In this document: positions 19,333 to 28,852 of the stretch, one piece after another
Layout: each line of letters starts with the position of its first letter
Numbering within the stretch: position 1 is the first letter of the stretch
Assembly: GCA_905207625.1 (NCBI GenBank)
Contig: CAJLLT010000005.1
Location: 23,344-87,343, forward strand
DNA length: 64,000 bases
Source: an uncultured Eubacteriales bacterium
GTDB lineage: Bacteria > Bacillota > Clostridia > Oscillospirales > UBA644
Reading direction: 5' to 3'
The notes under the pieces: model-generated
Told to the model about the DNA's origin: nothing
The model's input: the letters and a program-made list of their open reading frames with translations, nothing else
Database searches by the model: none
Program-made: the position numbers and the translations under genes

Positions 19333-20062
19333 AGTAAACCTCCGCAAGATAAAGCCCGTCGGGAGGCGCTGTCGGTCCCGCCTGATTACGGTCACGGCTT
19401 TCGATCACCGCCGGAATATCCTCCGGCAAAAGCCTGCCTCTCTGCACAAGGATCATCGTCCCTACTATGATCCGTATCATGTTGTAAAGGAAACCGTCGG
19501 CACAGATACGGAATACGACCTCATCTCCACAACGCTCGAACCGTGCGGAATAAACCGTCCGGACAGTATCCTTTATGTCGCTTCCTGAGGACATGAACGC
19601 TCTGAAATCATGTGTTCCGAGGAGCTTTTCAGCCGCCCGGTTGAGAAGTCCGGTATCAATATCATGACCGAAAAACCAGGTATATCCCTCATGAAAAGGC
19701 GAACGGACGGGATTTGTCCATATCCGGTAGATATACTCTTTCCGCTTTACGGAATACCTTGCATGAAAACCCCCGTCGGTAAAGCGGCAGTTTTTTACGG
19801 CAATATCCCGCGGAAGAGTCGCGTTGAGCGCCCTTACCACCACCTCCGGCTGAAGGTGCTTTCCGGCTTTGAAGGAGGCGTAATAGGACAGGGCATGAAC
19901 GCCGCTGTCGGTACGGCTGCAACCGGACAAAGCCGTAACCGAACCGAAAAGACCGGTCAGGGCACGAAGTACTTCCGCACCTACGGTCCTTGCACAGGGC
20001 TGTACCTGATATCCGCTGAAACACCTGCCGTCATAGCAGAGATTGATAACGTAAGAGTACAT
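19325..20062 (-). CDS. truA: tRNA pseudouridine(38-40) synthase
   Basis: Motifs GYQVQP and the catalytic GCSRTDSGVHA. It sits in the usual position after ecfT. Confidence 0.9.
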   Translation of the reverse strand: MYSYVINLCYDGRCFSGYQVQPCARTVGAEVLRALTGLFGSVTALSGCSRTDSGVHALSYYASFKAGKHLQPEVVVRALNATLPRDIAVKNCRFTDGGFHARYSVKRKEYIYRIWTNPVRSPFHEGYTWFFGHDIDTGLLNRAAEKLLGTHDFRAFMSSGSDIKDTVRTVYSARFERCGDEVVFRICADGFLYNMIRIIVGTMILVQRGRLLPEDIPAVIESRDRNQAGPTAPPDGLYLAEVYYD

Positions 20063-20063
20063 T

Positions 20064-20882
20064 TCACATCCCGAAAATCAATACATTATTGAGCAGTACA
20101 GCCGAAACCGCAACCGCCGTACAGACCGCAAGGGCTATCCAGTCCCGGGCAGACAGTTCATATACCGTAAGCCTCGTTCTTCCCTCTCCGGAACCGGTAT
20201 AGCAACGGCACTCCATGGCAACCGCCAGCTCTTCGGCATGTCTGAAAGAAGAGACAAACAGCGGAATAAGTATCGGCATGAGCGCCTTCGCCCGTTTTAT
20301 CAATCCGCCCGTTTCGAAATCGGCTCCGCGGGCTTTCTGCGCACTCATTATTTTATCCGTTTCCTCAAGAAGCGTCGGGATAAAACGAAGTGCAACGGTC
20401 ATCATCATGGAAAACTCATGAACATGGATCTTCAGCTTTGCCAGAGGGGAAAGCAACCGCTCCAACCCCTCCGCAATAACTATCGGTGAGGTGGTATAGG
20501 TAAGCATCGATGTGGTTATGACCAGCATCATTATGCGTATTACCATAAATACGGCATTTTTTACGCCCTCCGCGGTTATGCGGATTATCCAGAACTGAAC
20601 CAGAACATTATCCCCTGTGGAATAGAAAAGATTCAGCAGGGTAGTAAACACAACTATCAGAAAAAGAGGCTTCAGACCTCTCAGATAAAGCTTGAAGGGA
20701 ACCTTTGTCAGCCACACGAAGGCAAGAGTTGCAACCGTAACGGTAACATAGCTTACAATACTGTGAGCAACAAAAAGTGAAACTATCTGGACTATGAGAA
20801 GTATTATCTTCATCCTCGGGTCAAGCCGGTGAACAACCGATGTCCCGGGGAAATACTGTCCGAGGGTAATATCCTTTATCAT
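20064..20882 (-). CDS. ecfT: ECF transporter transmembrane (T) component
   Basis: Motifs HRLDPRMKI and ARGADFE (the conserved Ala-Arg-Gly coupling motif). The ATG at 20880-20882 overlaps the ecfA2 stop (ATGA). Confidence 0.85.
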   Translation of the reverse strand: MIKDITLGQYFPGTSVVHRLDPRMKIILLIVQIVSLFVAHSIVSYVTVTVATLAFVWLTKVPFKLYLRGLKPLFLIVVFTTLLNLFYSTGDNVLVQFWIIRITAEGVKNAVFMVIRIMMLVITTSMLTYTTSPIVIAEGLERLLSPLAKLKIHVHEFSMMMTVALRFIPTLLEETDKIMSAQKARGADFETGGLIKRAKALMPILIPLFVSSFRHAEELAVAMECRCYTGSGEGRTRLTVYELSARDWIALAVCTAVAVSAVLLNNVLIFGM

Positions 20883-21745
20883 TCCGCAGCCCTCCCGTCC
20901 CGGATGGCAAGTATCTGCCGGCACGCCTGTTCGGGAGTAAAAACGGAAGTATCCACGTTATAGCCGGCCCGCTTCAGGTCAAGAAAGATCCGGGTTATCT
21001 GAGGAACATTGAGTCCGATGTCACGGAGCGTCTGCGCCTGTTCGAAAACCTCCCTGACCGGGGCAAACATAGCCACGGAAGCCCTGTTCATAACAAGTAT
21101 CTTTTCCGCATTTCGGGCGATATCATCCATGCTGTGGCACACAAGCATTATTGTACTGCCCTGCTGCTGTCTGTATTCCCGTATACGGGCGAGAATCTCG
21201 TCCCGTCCCCTGGGATCAAGTCCCGCTGTGGGCTCGTCAAGTATAAGGACCGAAGGTTTCATTGCCATTACACCGGCAATGGCAACACGGCGTTTCTGTC
21301 CCCCGGAAAGTTCAAAGGGAGACTTTTCGAGAAATGACTCGTCAAGTCCCACGAATCCGAGAGCTTCCACGACACGTTTATGTATTTCGTTTTCGTCCAG
21401 ACCCATGTTCTTCGGACCGAAAGCGATATCCTTGCCCACAGTCTCCTCGAAAAGCTGATACTCCGGATACTGAAAAACAAGCCCGACGTTGAAACGGAGT
21501 TGTTTACGGGGAAAACTTTTCTCCCAGCAGTCTTTTCCGTCAAAGTATATTTTTCCCGAAGTGGGTTTAAGAAGCCCGTTGAGGTGCTGGATAAGAGTAC
21601 TCTTGCCGGAGCCGGTCTGTCCGATTATTCCGATGTACTCGCCTTTGTATATATCAATACTGACGTTATCCACCGCAACCTTTTCAAAGGGAGTGGAGAT
21701 ACCGTAGGTATGCGTGAGATTTTCAGTGCGTAAAATAGGTTCCAT
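20879..21745 (-). CDS. ecfA2: ECF transporter ATPase component A2
   Basis: Walker A GQTGSGKST, signature LSGGQKRRVAIAG, Walker B LILDEPTAGLD. Confidence 0.9.
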   Translation of the reverse strand: MEPILRTENLTHTYGISTPFEKVAVDNVSIDIYKGEYIGIIGQTGSGKSTLIQHLNGLLKPTSGKIYFDGKDCWEKSFPRKQLRFNVGLVFQYPEYQLFEETVGKDIAFGPKNMGLDENEIHKRVVEALGFVGLDESFLEKSPFELSGGQKRRVAIAGVMAMKPSVLILDEPTAGLDPRGRDEILARIREYRQQQGSTIMLVCHSMDDIARNAEKILVMNRASVAMFAPVREVFEQAQTLRDIGLNVPQITRIFLDLKRAGYNVDTSVFTPEQACRQILAIRDGRAAE

Positions 21746-22593
21746 TATCTGCTCTTTCCCTGTCCGAACTCATCAAGAAGGTCCTCCAGTACCGTAACGC
21801 ATTCCTCTTCCGTAAGCACAGCCAGAGGAACCCTCAGCCCGTGTTCCCGGAACAGGAACATCAGGGAGGTGCTGGGCGGAACATCAAGACCTACACTGGC
21901 AAGAAGCCCAGCATTCTGGAAAACATAATGGGGATCTCCGTCGAGAAGTATTTCCCCCTCATTGATAACAATAACACGTTTTGCCTGCGCCGCTTCATCC
22001 ATAAAATGGGTTATGAGAATAACGGTGACACCCGAGTCGTTAAGCTCGTGCAGGATCTTCATTATCTTTGCCCTGCCCTTCGGGTCGAGCATTGCCGTAG
22101 GTTCGTCCAGTACAATGATATCGGGATGCATGGTGATAACACCGGCAATGGCTATGCGCTGTTTCTGACCTCCGGAAAGCTGGTGGGTGGCGTGCTTTTT
22201 ATACTCGCTCATTCCCACCGTTTCAAGAGCTTCGTCTACCCTGCGCCGCATCTCTTCAGTGGGAACGCCGAGGTTTTCCAGAACAAAAGCGACCTCTTCC
22301 TCAACCACCGTGGCAATTATCTGATTGTCGGGATTCTGAAAGACCATACCGACTTTACGTCTGATAAGAGGTACATTATCCTCGTTTCCGCAGTCATAAC
22401 CGGCAACGGTAAGACTGCCGGAGCCCGGCCTTTCAATGCAGTCCAGAAGCTTGGCAAAAGTGGATTTTCCGCTGCCGTTATGTCCGAGGACCGCAACAAA
22501 ATCCCCCTCCTCTATCTCAAGGGACAAATCCCTGAGTACCGGGGTCTTTCCGTCATATGTAAATGATAGATTTTCAGCTTTGATTATACTCAA
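21745..22593 (-). CDS. ecfA1: ECF transporter ATPase component A1
   Basis: Walker A GHNGSGKST, signature [13 protein letters not shown], Walker B IVLDEPTAMLD. Start set to TTG 22591-22593 (SIIKAENLSFTY) with a GAAAGG RBS. The ORF-track ATG would overlap the upstream gene by 80 nt. Confidence 0.85.
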   Translation of the reverse strand: MSIIKAENLSFTYDGKTPVLRDLSLEIEEGDFVAVLGHNGSGKSTFAKLLDCIERPGSGSLTVAGYDCGNEDNVPLIRRKVGMVFQNPDNQIIATVVEEEVAFVLENLGVPTEEMRRRVDEALETVGMSEYKKHATHQLSGGQKQRIAIAGVITMHPDIIVLDEPTAMLDPKGRAKIMKILHELNDSGVTVILITHFMDEAAQAKRVIVINEGEILLDGDPHYVFQNAGLLASVGLDVPPSTSLMFLFREHGLRVPLAVLTEEECVTVLEDLLDEFGQGKSR

Positions 22594-22612
22594 TGTCGTT
22601 TGCCTTTCGCCT

Positions 22613-23482
22613 TTATTGCGCCGCACACCAGAAAGCGGAACTGCCGCAGGGAAGCATGTATCCGGTGGAAAGAACGGGAAGTCCGATCTCATCCGCCGAA
22701 AGGGTGTGGGGCAGATTTTTGAATCTTGAATCCATACAGGATCCGAGAATATACTGCATACACGAAGCGGAAAGCCCCGTAGTATAGGAATTCAGAAGCA
22801 CGAACAGAGGTTTTTCGGAAAGCAGTTTCACGGTTTTTTCAAGCAGCCCGTAAAGCTCATCCTCAAGCTTCCATACCTCTCCCCCCGGTCCTCTTCCGTA
22901 AGATGGAGGGTCAAGTATCACTGCGTCATAGCTTTTGCCCCGGCGGAGTTCGCGTTCGACGAATTTCACACAGTCGTCCACTATGAAACGTATATTGGAG
23001 ATACCGTTCAGTGCCGCATTTTCCTTGGCCCAGCCTACCATACCTCTGGACGCATCAATATGACATACCTGAGCTCCGGCTTTTGAAGCCGCGACGGAGG
23101 CGGCGCCGGTATACGCAAACATATTCAGCAACGTTATCGGTCTTCCCGCACAGCGGATTATATTGTAGCACCTGTCCCAGTTGACCGCCTGCTCGGGAAA
23201 AAGTCCGGTATGCTTGAAATTTGTCGGTTTGAGCTTGAAAACATACTCTCCGTAGTTTACGGTGAAGTCTTCGGGAAGTTTGTTGACTGCCCAGTGACCG
23301 CCGCCGGAGGAAGAGCGCTGATAGACAGCATCCGCCTTTTTCCACAGACCGGAACGTTTTTCGTCCTTCCATATAACCTGTGGGTCAGGGCGGACAAGAG
23401 TATATTTGTCCCACCGTTCCAGCTTCTCTCCGCAGGTGGCATCAAGAACGCAGAAATCGGTCCATTTGTCGGCAATCAGCAT
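22613..23482 (-). CDS. Class I SAM-dependent methyltransferase (RlmI/RlmK-like catalytic domain, no PUA domain)
   Basis: SAM-binding segment LLNMFAYTGAASVAA plus ILDPPSYGRG. It resembles the catalytic half of the 52883 gene. Confidence 0.7.
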   Translation of the reverse strand: MLIADKWTDFCVLDATCGEKLERWDKYTLVRPDPQVIWKDEKRSGLWKKADAVYQRSSSGGGHWAVNKLPEDFTVNYGEYVFKLKPTNFKHTGLFPEQAVNWDRCYNIIRCAGRPITLLNMFAYTGAASVAASKAGAQVCHIDASRGMVGWAKENAALNGISNIRFIVDDCVKFVERELRRGKSYDAVILDPPSYGRGPGGEVWKLEDELYGLLEKTVKLLSEKPLFVLLNSYTTGLSASCMQYILGSCMDSRFKNLPHTLSADEIGLPVLSTGYMLPCGSSAFWCAAQ

Positions 23483-23533
23483 CGTCTGAATTCTCCGGAT
23501 AGTGATAGTCTATACTTTCGCAGTATATGCTAT

Positions 23534-23562
23534 ATTATATCATTATTTAAAAGAATAGTCAA
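23534..23562 (-). promoter_or_regulatory. Sigma-A promoter for the methyltransferase-ecfA1A2T-truA string
   Basis: On the minus strand: TTGACT, 17 nt of spacer, then TGaTATAAT (extended -10). Confidence 0.55.
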
Positions 23563-23652
23563 TGACATAACTATGAGAATATCAACAATTTTTCGAAAAA
23601 ACCCTTTATTTCTTCTTAAATCGACACGGCCCGGTAACCGGCAAATAACAGA

Positions 23653-23680
23653 CCGTCCGTTCTCATAAGAAAACGGACGG
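23653..23680 (-). terminator. Hairpin after pnp
   Basis: 9-bp stem CCGTCCGTT / AACGGACGG with a 10-nt loop, 17 nt past the pnp stop. The T-tract is interrupted. Confidence 0.55.
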
Positions 23681-23696
23681 CAGGCTTATTCATTTA

Positions 23697-25793
23697 TCAG
23701 TCTTCAAAAGCGTCTTTTCTGGAGAGGTTCACTCTTCCCTGATTGTCGGTACCCAGGAACTTGACCTTAATCTCATCGCCGACACTCACAACGTCTTCGA
23801 CCTTCTCAACACGTTTGTTGTCAAGCTTGGAGATGTGCACGAGTCCTTCTTTTCCGGGAACATATTCCACAAAGCATCCGATGGGAATTATCTTGGTTAC
23901 CTTACCCTTGAACACCATTCCGGGCTCAGCGCCGTCGACAATGGTCTTGATGATGGACTTGGCAGCATCTCCGCATTCCTGTGCGGTGTAGGAGATGTAT
24001 ACATGGCCATCGTCTTCTATCTCGATCTTTGCGCCGGTTTCGGCAGTGATGCGCTGGATCACCTTTCCGCCGGTACCGATGACCTCACGGATCTTATCGG
24101 TGGGAATGGTTATCGTCATGATTTTGGGCGCATACTTGGAAAGCTCCGGACGGGGTGCGGGAATAGCCTTGAGAATAACGTCATTGAGTATCTGCATTCT
24201 GCCTTTTCTTGTCTGCTCAAAGGCTTTTTCAATAATATCGTAGGTAAGACCGTCAACCTTGATATCCATCTGGATGGAGGTTATACCGATCTCGGTTCCG
24301 GCGACTTTGAAGTCCATATCACCGAAGAAGTCCTCAAGTCCCTGAATGTCTACCATGGTCAGCCAACGGTCGGCATCCGTGATAAGACCGCAGCTTATAC
24401 CGGCAACGGGTCTCTTGATCGGAACGCCGGCATCCATAAGGGCAAGCGTACTGCCGCAGACGGAACCCTGAGAGGTAGAACCGTTGGAGGACAGAACCTC
24501 GGAAACAAGTCTTATCGCATAGGGGAACTCATCAACGGAGGGCAGGACCGGAACGAGGGAGCGCTCCGCAAGGGCGCCGTGACCTATCTCACGTCTTCCG
24601 GGGCTTCTTACGGATTTCGCCTCACCCACGGAATAACCGGGCATATTGTAGTGATGCATATAACGTTTGGTCTCTTCGTCGTCGATACCGTCGAGGAGTT
24701 GGGCATCCGCAAGCATACCGAGGGTAGCAACGGTAAGAACCTGGGTCTGACCTCTGCTGAACAGACCGGAGCCGTGAACTCTGGGAAGCAGTCCCACTTC
24801 CGCATGGAGGGGACGAATCTCTTCAAGGCTTCTGCCGTCGACACGTTTATGCTCGTCTATGAGCATTTTTCTGACAACGTATTTCTGAGTCTTGTATATT
24901 GCCTCCGCAATGAAAGCGGCGCTGTCGGGATATTTCTCGGCAAAGTGATTGTTGACATCCTCGGAAACGACGGACATGCAGGCATCACGCTCGTCCTTGT
25001 CATCGTGGCAAAGGGCGGCACGTACGGCATCCTTGCAGTACGCCTTAATATCTTCATACATTTCGTCCGGAACAGTTGCGCTGGGATAGGTAAACTTCGG
25101 CTTGCCCACCTCGGACTTGATCATCTCAATGAACTTGACGATCTCTTTGATAGTCTGATGAGCAAATATGATACCCTTCAGCATAACGTCTTCGGGGATC
25201 TCGTTGGCACCGGCTTCGATCATAACGATCTTCTTTTCGGTAGCGGCAACGGTAACGGACATTTGATTCTTTTCTTTCTGAGCCTCGGTGGGGTTGATCA
25301 CATATTCACCGTCAACATAGCCCAGGCTTACACCGCCGATGGGTCCGTTCCAGGGGATGTCCGAAATGGATATTGCAACGGAAGCACCGATCATACCGGT
25401 GATCTCAGGGGAACAGTCGGGGTCAACGGACATAACACAAAGACCGACAACAACATCGTTTCTCATATCCTTGGGGAACAGAGGACGGATGGGTCTGTCT
25501 ATAACACGGGAGGAAAGGATCGCCTTTTCGGAAGGTCTTCCCTCTCTCTTCAGAAAACTTCCGGGGATCTTTCCCACGGAATACAGTTTTTCCTCAAAGT
25601 CAACGGCAAGGGGGAAGAAATCAACGCCGTCACGGGGCTTTTCGGAGGCGGTAGCAGTGGCAAGAACAGAGGTCTCGCCGTATCTTACCATGCACGCACC
25701 GTTGGCAAGCCCGGCGAATTTTCCGACTTCCACAACAAGAGGACGTCCGGCAAGTGTGGTTTCAAATTTTCTGTAATGTTCGTAAATGTTCAT
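23697..25793 (-). CDS. pnp: Polyribonucleotide nucleotidyltransferase (PNPase)
   Basis: Two RNase PH domains, a KH domain and an S1 domain (GKVTKIIPIGCFVEY). Start set to ATG 25791-25793 (MNIYEHYRKFET) with an AGGAG RBS. Confidence 0.95.
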   Translation of the reverse strand: MNIYEHYRKFETTLAGRPLVVEVGKFAGLANGACMVRYGETSVLATATASEKPRDGVDFFPLAVDFEEKLYSVGKIPGSFLKREGRPSEKAILSSRVIDRPIRPLFPKDMRNDVVVGLCVMSVDPDCSPEITGMIGASVAISISDIPWNGPIGGVSLGYVDGEYVINPTEAQKEKNQMSVTVAATEKKIVMIEAGANEIPEDVMLKGIIFAHQTIKEIVKFIEMIKSEVGKPKFTYPSATVPDEMYEDIKAYCKDAVRAALCHDDKDERDACMSVVSEDVNNHFAEKYPDSAAFIAEAIYKTQKYVVRKMLIDEHKRVDGRSLEEIRPLHAEVGLLPRVHGSGLFSRGQTQVLTVATLGMLADAQLLDGIDDEETKRYMHHYNMPGYSVGEAKSVRSPGRREIGHGALAERSLVPVLPSVDEFPYAIRLVSEVLSSNGSTSQGSVCGSTLALMDAGVPIKRPVAGISCGLITDADRWLTMVDIQGLEDFFGDMDFKVAGTEIGITSIQMDIKVDGLTYDIIEKAFEQTRKGRMQILNDVILKAIPAPRPELSKYAPKIMTITIPTDKIREVIGTGGKVIQRITAETGAKIEIEDDGHVYISYTAQECGDAAKSIIKTIVDGAEPGMVFKGKVTKIIPIGCFVEYVPGKEGLVHISKLDNKRVEKVEDVVSVGDEIKVKFLGTDNQGRVNLSRKDAFED

Positions 25794-25831
25794 CTCAATA
25801 CTCCTTCTGAAGTGTAGTATATCGAAAACAT

Positions 25832-25904
25832 CACGGTTTCGAGCAGTTATACCGAAGCGCAAAAGCTTCACGCACCCGTATAACTGCCTGAAACGAAACC
25901 CGTG
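25832..25904 (-). promoter_or_regulatory. Long imperfect stem-loop in the pnp 5' leader
   Basis: A 10-bp perfect segment GTATAACTGC pairs across an apical GAAGC-GCAAAA-GCTTC hairpin. A second pairing of about 9-10 bp (CACGGTTTCG.. / ..GAAACCCGTG) follows, separated by bulges. Confidence 0.45.
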
Positions 25905-25927
25905 ACGTTTCTGGTCTGAAATGCGGA

Positions 25928-25968
25928 GTTACCTTGACCGGCGCACCGTATGCCCCGGCCAAGGTAAC
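25928..25968 (-). terminator. rpsO 3' hairpin (leaky terminator or processing site)
   Basis: 14-bp stem GTTACCTTGGCCGG / CCGGTCAAGGTAAC (one G-U pair) 9 nt after the rpsO stop. There is no clean U-tract, so read-through into pnp is likely. Confidence 0.6.
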
Positions 25969-25976
25969 GATTGAAT

Positions 25977-26240
25977 TTACTTACGTATATTCAATTTTTC
26001 GATTATGGCACGATATCTGTTGATATCTTTCTTCGCCAGATAGTTCAGAAGATTTCTTCTCTTACCGACCATCTGCTGAAGACCTCTGCGGGAATGGAAG
26101 TCCTTCTTGTTGGCCTTAAGGTGCTCGGTAAGATTCTTTATGCGTTCGGTAAGGATCGCAATCTGAACCTCCGGAGAACCGGTATCCGTGCCGTGAAGAC
26201 GGTTTGCTTCGATTATCGCAGTCTTCTGGGTCTGTTCCAT
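25977..26240 (-). CDS. rpsO: 30S ribosomal protein S15
   Basis: 87 aa with [34 protein letters not shown]. Confidence 0.95.
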   Translation of the reverse strand: MEQTQKTAIIEANRLHGTDTGSPEVQIAILTERIKNLTEHLKANKKDFHSRRGLQQMVGKRRNLLNYLAKKDINRYRAIIEKLNIRK

Positions 26241-26339
26241 ATTCGTTCACCTCCGTAGATATAAAATACGCCAGAAACAAAGTACGCGCCGGTGCAGCGT
26301 CGCACTGTGCAACGGCAAAGTGTGAAAACACACATTAGC

Positions 26340-26368
26340 AGTATACCATAAAATGTCCGCTTTGTAAA
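26340..26368 (-). promoter_or_regulatory. Sigma-A promoter for rpsO
   Basis: On the minus strand: TTTACA, 17 nt, then TGgTATACT (extended -10). This predicts a leader of about 95 nt. Confidence 0.55.
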
Positions 26369-26418
26369 GAGGAAAACAGAAATTTCTCATTATTTTCAAT
26401 TATTTTACAAATATCCAC

Positions 26419-26447
26419 TTGACAAAGGGGATTTTTGAGTGTATAAT
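26419..26447 (+). promoter_or_regulatory. Consensus sigma-A promoter for ylxM-ffh
   Basis: TTGACA (26419-26424), 17 nt of spacer, TATAAT (26442-26447). Confidence 0.65.
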
Positions 26448-26493
26448 GTTTGTAAAGACATACGACTTTACATAGTTCAGACAGGAGGGCAAC

Positions 26494-26895
26494 ATGCCGA
26501 ACATTGACATTTCCTCGGGCGAAGAGCGGGTAAAAATAGGAATCTTGCTCGATATTTACGGCAACATCCTTACTGAGAAACAGCGTCAGGCGATGGATCT
26601 GTATTTTCAGCAGGATTTCACCCTTTCCGAGATATCCGAGCAGTTCGGGATAACACGTCAGGCGGTAAGAGACAGCCTTGTGCGTGCGGAAACGACCCTG
26701 TTTGACATAGAACACAGGCTCGGACTTATGGAACGCATAACAAAGATGCGTCAGGCAGCGATAAAATCCTACGAGGACGCTTCCTTTATAAAAGATTATG
26801 CAAAGAGGAAGTTCCTGCCCACGGAGATAATAGAAAGAGCCGCGAGAATAGAAAGACTGTCCGCCGAAACAATCGGGGACGACAGCGAAGAGTGA
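26494..26895 (+). CDS. ylxM: YlxM/UPF0122 putative DNA-binding protein of the SRP operon
   Basis: Sigma-70 region-4-like HTH LTEKQRQAMDLYFQQDFTLSEISEQFGITRQAVRD. It lies directly upstream of ffh, as in other Firmicutes. Confidence 0.8.
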   Translation: MPNIDISSGEERVKIGILLDIYGNILTEKQRQAMDLYFQQDFTLSEISEQFGITRQAVRDSLVRAETTLFDIEHRLGLMERITKMRQAAIKSYEDASFIKDYAKRKFLPTEIIERAARIERLSAETIGDDSEE

Positions 26896-26919
26896 TCTTT
26901 TAAGGAGCATGTACCGTAA

Positions 26920-28233
26920 ATGGCTTTTGAAAGTCTTTCCGATAAATTAGGAGCAATTTTCAAAAAACTCAGATCCCACGGAAAACTGACCGACGCCGAC
27001 GTAAAGGAAGTAATGAGGGAAATAAGACTCGCCCTTCTGTCCGCCGACGTAAACTATACCGTGGTCAAAGATTTCTGCGCAAAGGTCTCCGAGCGGGCGA
27101 CCGGAGCGGAGGTAATGCAAAGTCTTACCCCTGCACAGCAGGTTATCAAAATAGTTAACCAGGAACTGACTGAATTCATGGGCGGAGAAAACGACAAACT
27201 CCGTTTTTCCTCCCATCCCCCTACCGTGATGATGCTTTGCGGCCTTCAGGGTGCCGGCAAAACCACCCACTGCGCAAAGATCGCACTGTTCCTGAAAAAC
27301 TCCGAGCACCGTCCGCTGCTTGTGGCATGCGACATATACCGTCCCGCCGCAATACTGCAACTTCAGACCCTCGGAAGCAAGATCGGAGTTCCGGTGTTCA
27401 CTCAACCGGAGGGCACAAAGCCCGTTGATATAGCGAAACGCGCGGTAAGCTACGCAAAAGACCACGGCAATGACGTGGTGTTGCTGGATACCGCGGGCCG
27501 ACTTCACATTGACGAAGAGCTCATGGAGGAGCTTCGGCAGATCAAAGCCGCTGTAACACCGAAGGAGATTCTTCTGACAGTGGACTCCATGACCGGTCAG
27601 GATGCGGTGAATGTAGCGAAAAGCTTCAACGATCTGCTGGACATCACCGGAGTCATACTTACAAAAACCGACGGCGACACCCGGGGCGGCGCGGCACTGT
27701 CCGTGAAATACACCACCGGGAAACCGATTAAATTCGCCGGTACGGGTGAAAAAATGGGCGATCTTGAGCCCTTCCACCCCGACCGCATGGCTTCCCGTAT
27801 TCTCGGAATGGGCGATATGCTTACGCTGATAGAAAAAGCGGAGCAGGCGTTCGACGAGAAAAAAGCGGCGGAGCTAGAGAAAAAAATGCTCAAAAACAAG
27901 TTCGATATGAATGATTTTCTCGATTCACTGAATCAGATGCGGAATATCGGACCTCTGGAAAATATACTCAAGATGATGCCCGGCGCGGCGAAGCTTCCGA
28001 AGGACATTTCCGTCGATGAGAAGCAAATAAAACGCACCGAAGCAATCATACTTTCGATGACAAAGCGGGAAAGGTCAAACCCGGCGATCATAAACCCATC
28101 CCGCAAACGCCGTATCGCCGCCGGAAGCGGTACGAAAGTGGAAGACGTGAACAGACTTCTGAAAAGCTTTGACCAGATGAAGGTCATGATGAAACGTATG
28201 AACAATCCCGCCTTCCGCCGCAAATTCATGTAG
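26920..28233 (+). CDS. ffh: Signal recognition particle protein Ffh
   Basis: GTPase motifs GLQGAGKTT, DTAGR and TKTDGD, plus a Met-rich M domain. Confidence 0.95.
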   Translation: MAFESLSDKLGAIFKKLRSHGKLTDADVKEVMREIRLALLSADVNYTVVKDFCAKVSERATGAEVMQSLTPAQQVIKIVNQELTEFMGGENDKLRFSSHPPTVMMLCGLQGAGKTTHCAKIALFLKNSEHRPLLVACDIYRPAAILQLQTLGSKIGVPVFTQPEGTKPVDIAKRAVSYAKDHGNDVVLLDTAGRLHIDEELMEELRQIKAAVTPKEILLTVDSMTGQDAVNVAKSFNDLLDITGVILTKTDGDTRGGAALSVKYTTGKPIKFAGTGEKMGDLEPFHPDRMASRILGMGDMLTLIEKAEQAFDEKKAAELEKKMLKNKFDMNDFLDSLNQMRNIGPLENILKMMPGAAKLPKDISVDEKQIKRTEAIILSMTKRERSNPAIINPSRKRRIAAGSGTKVEDVNRLLKSFDQMKVMMKRMNNPAFRRKFM

Positions 28234-28284
28234 CGTCCCGATTATTAACATAGAGACGAATCATTTCAAGTGAGGTGAAAAACA

Positions 28285-28527
28285 ATGGCAGTAAAGATCA
28301 GACTTCGCAGAATCGGCGCAAAGAAGAACCCCTTCTACCGCATAGTAGTCGCTGACTCCCGTTTCCCCAGAGACGGCAGATTCATCGAGGAACTCGGTAC
28401 TTACGATCCTCAGACGGAGCCCTCTTCCGTGAAGATCGACGCTGAGAAAACCGCTCAGTGGATCAAGAACGGCGCACAGCCTACCGACACCGTAAGAGCT
28501 ATTTTGAAGAAGAACGGCATCCTGTAA
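28285..28527 (+). CDS. rpsP: 30S ribosomal protein S16
   Basis: N-terminus [26 protein letters not shown]. Confidence 0.95.
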   Translation: MAVKIRLRRIGAKKNPFYRIVVADSRFPRDGRFIEELGTYDPQTEPSSVKIDAEKTAQWIKNGAQPTDTVRAILKKNGIL

Positions 28528-28543
28528 GGATCAGCTGTTATTA

Positions 28544-28574
28544 CCGTAAGGCTTTTGCTGAAAAAGCCTTACGG
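28544..28574 (+). other. Intra-operon stem-loop between rpsP and the KH gene
   Basis: 13-bp stem CCGTAAGGCTTTT / AAAAGCCTTACGG with a GCTG(A) loop. No U-tract follows, so it is more likely an RNA stabiliser or processing element than a terminator. Confidence 0.4.
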
Positions 28575-28617
28575 CAATATGGTGTCATGACGCAGAAAGA
28601 GAAAGGACATCACCCAA

Positions 28618-28848
28618 ATGGAAGAACTCATAGCTTATATTGTCAAGCATCTTGTAGCCCATCCGGATCAGGTCAGCGTAGAACGCGGTGGAATGAGAGA
28701 CGACTGCGTAGTATATAACCTCAAGGTCGCTGAAGAAGACAAGGGCTACGTCATAGGTAAACAGGGACGTGTGGCAAAGGCTCTCCGCCATGTGGTAAAG
28801 GCCGCAGCGTCCAAAAAAGGCGAAAAGATAAATATTGACATCCTGTAA
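28618..28848 (+). CDS. KH-domain RNA-binding protein (YlqC family)
   Basis: 76 aa containing the GxxG KH motif VIGKQGRVAKAL. It sits in the canonical position between rpsP and rimM. Confidence 0.8.
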   Translation: MEELIAYIVKHLVAHPDQVSVERGGMRDDCVVYNLKVAEEDKGYVIGKQGRVAKALRHVVKAAASKKGEKINIDIL

Positions 28849-28852
28849 CAAT

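Noticed and set aside
23835-25817. 660-aa + strand ORF opposite pnp. It is the longest shadow ORF in the window.
   Set aside because: It is a Gly/Asn/His-rich nonsense-like sequence covering almost exactly the pnp body. It has no independent signals.
26241-26493. Strand switch between rpsO (-) and ylxM (+), considered as a possible replication origin.
   Set aside because: Only one weak DnaA-box-like 9-mer (atATCCACt) is present. There is no box cluster, AT-rich unwinding element or dnaA/dnaN nearby. Two ordinary divergent promoters fully explain the spacer.
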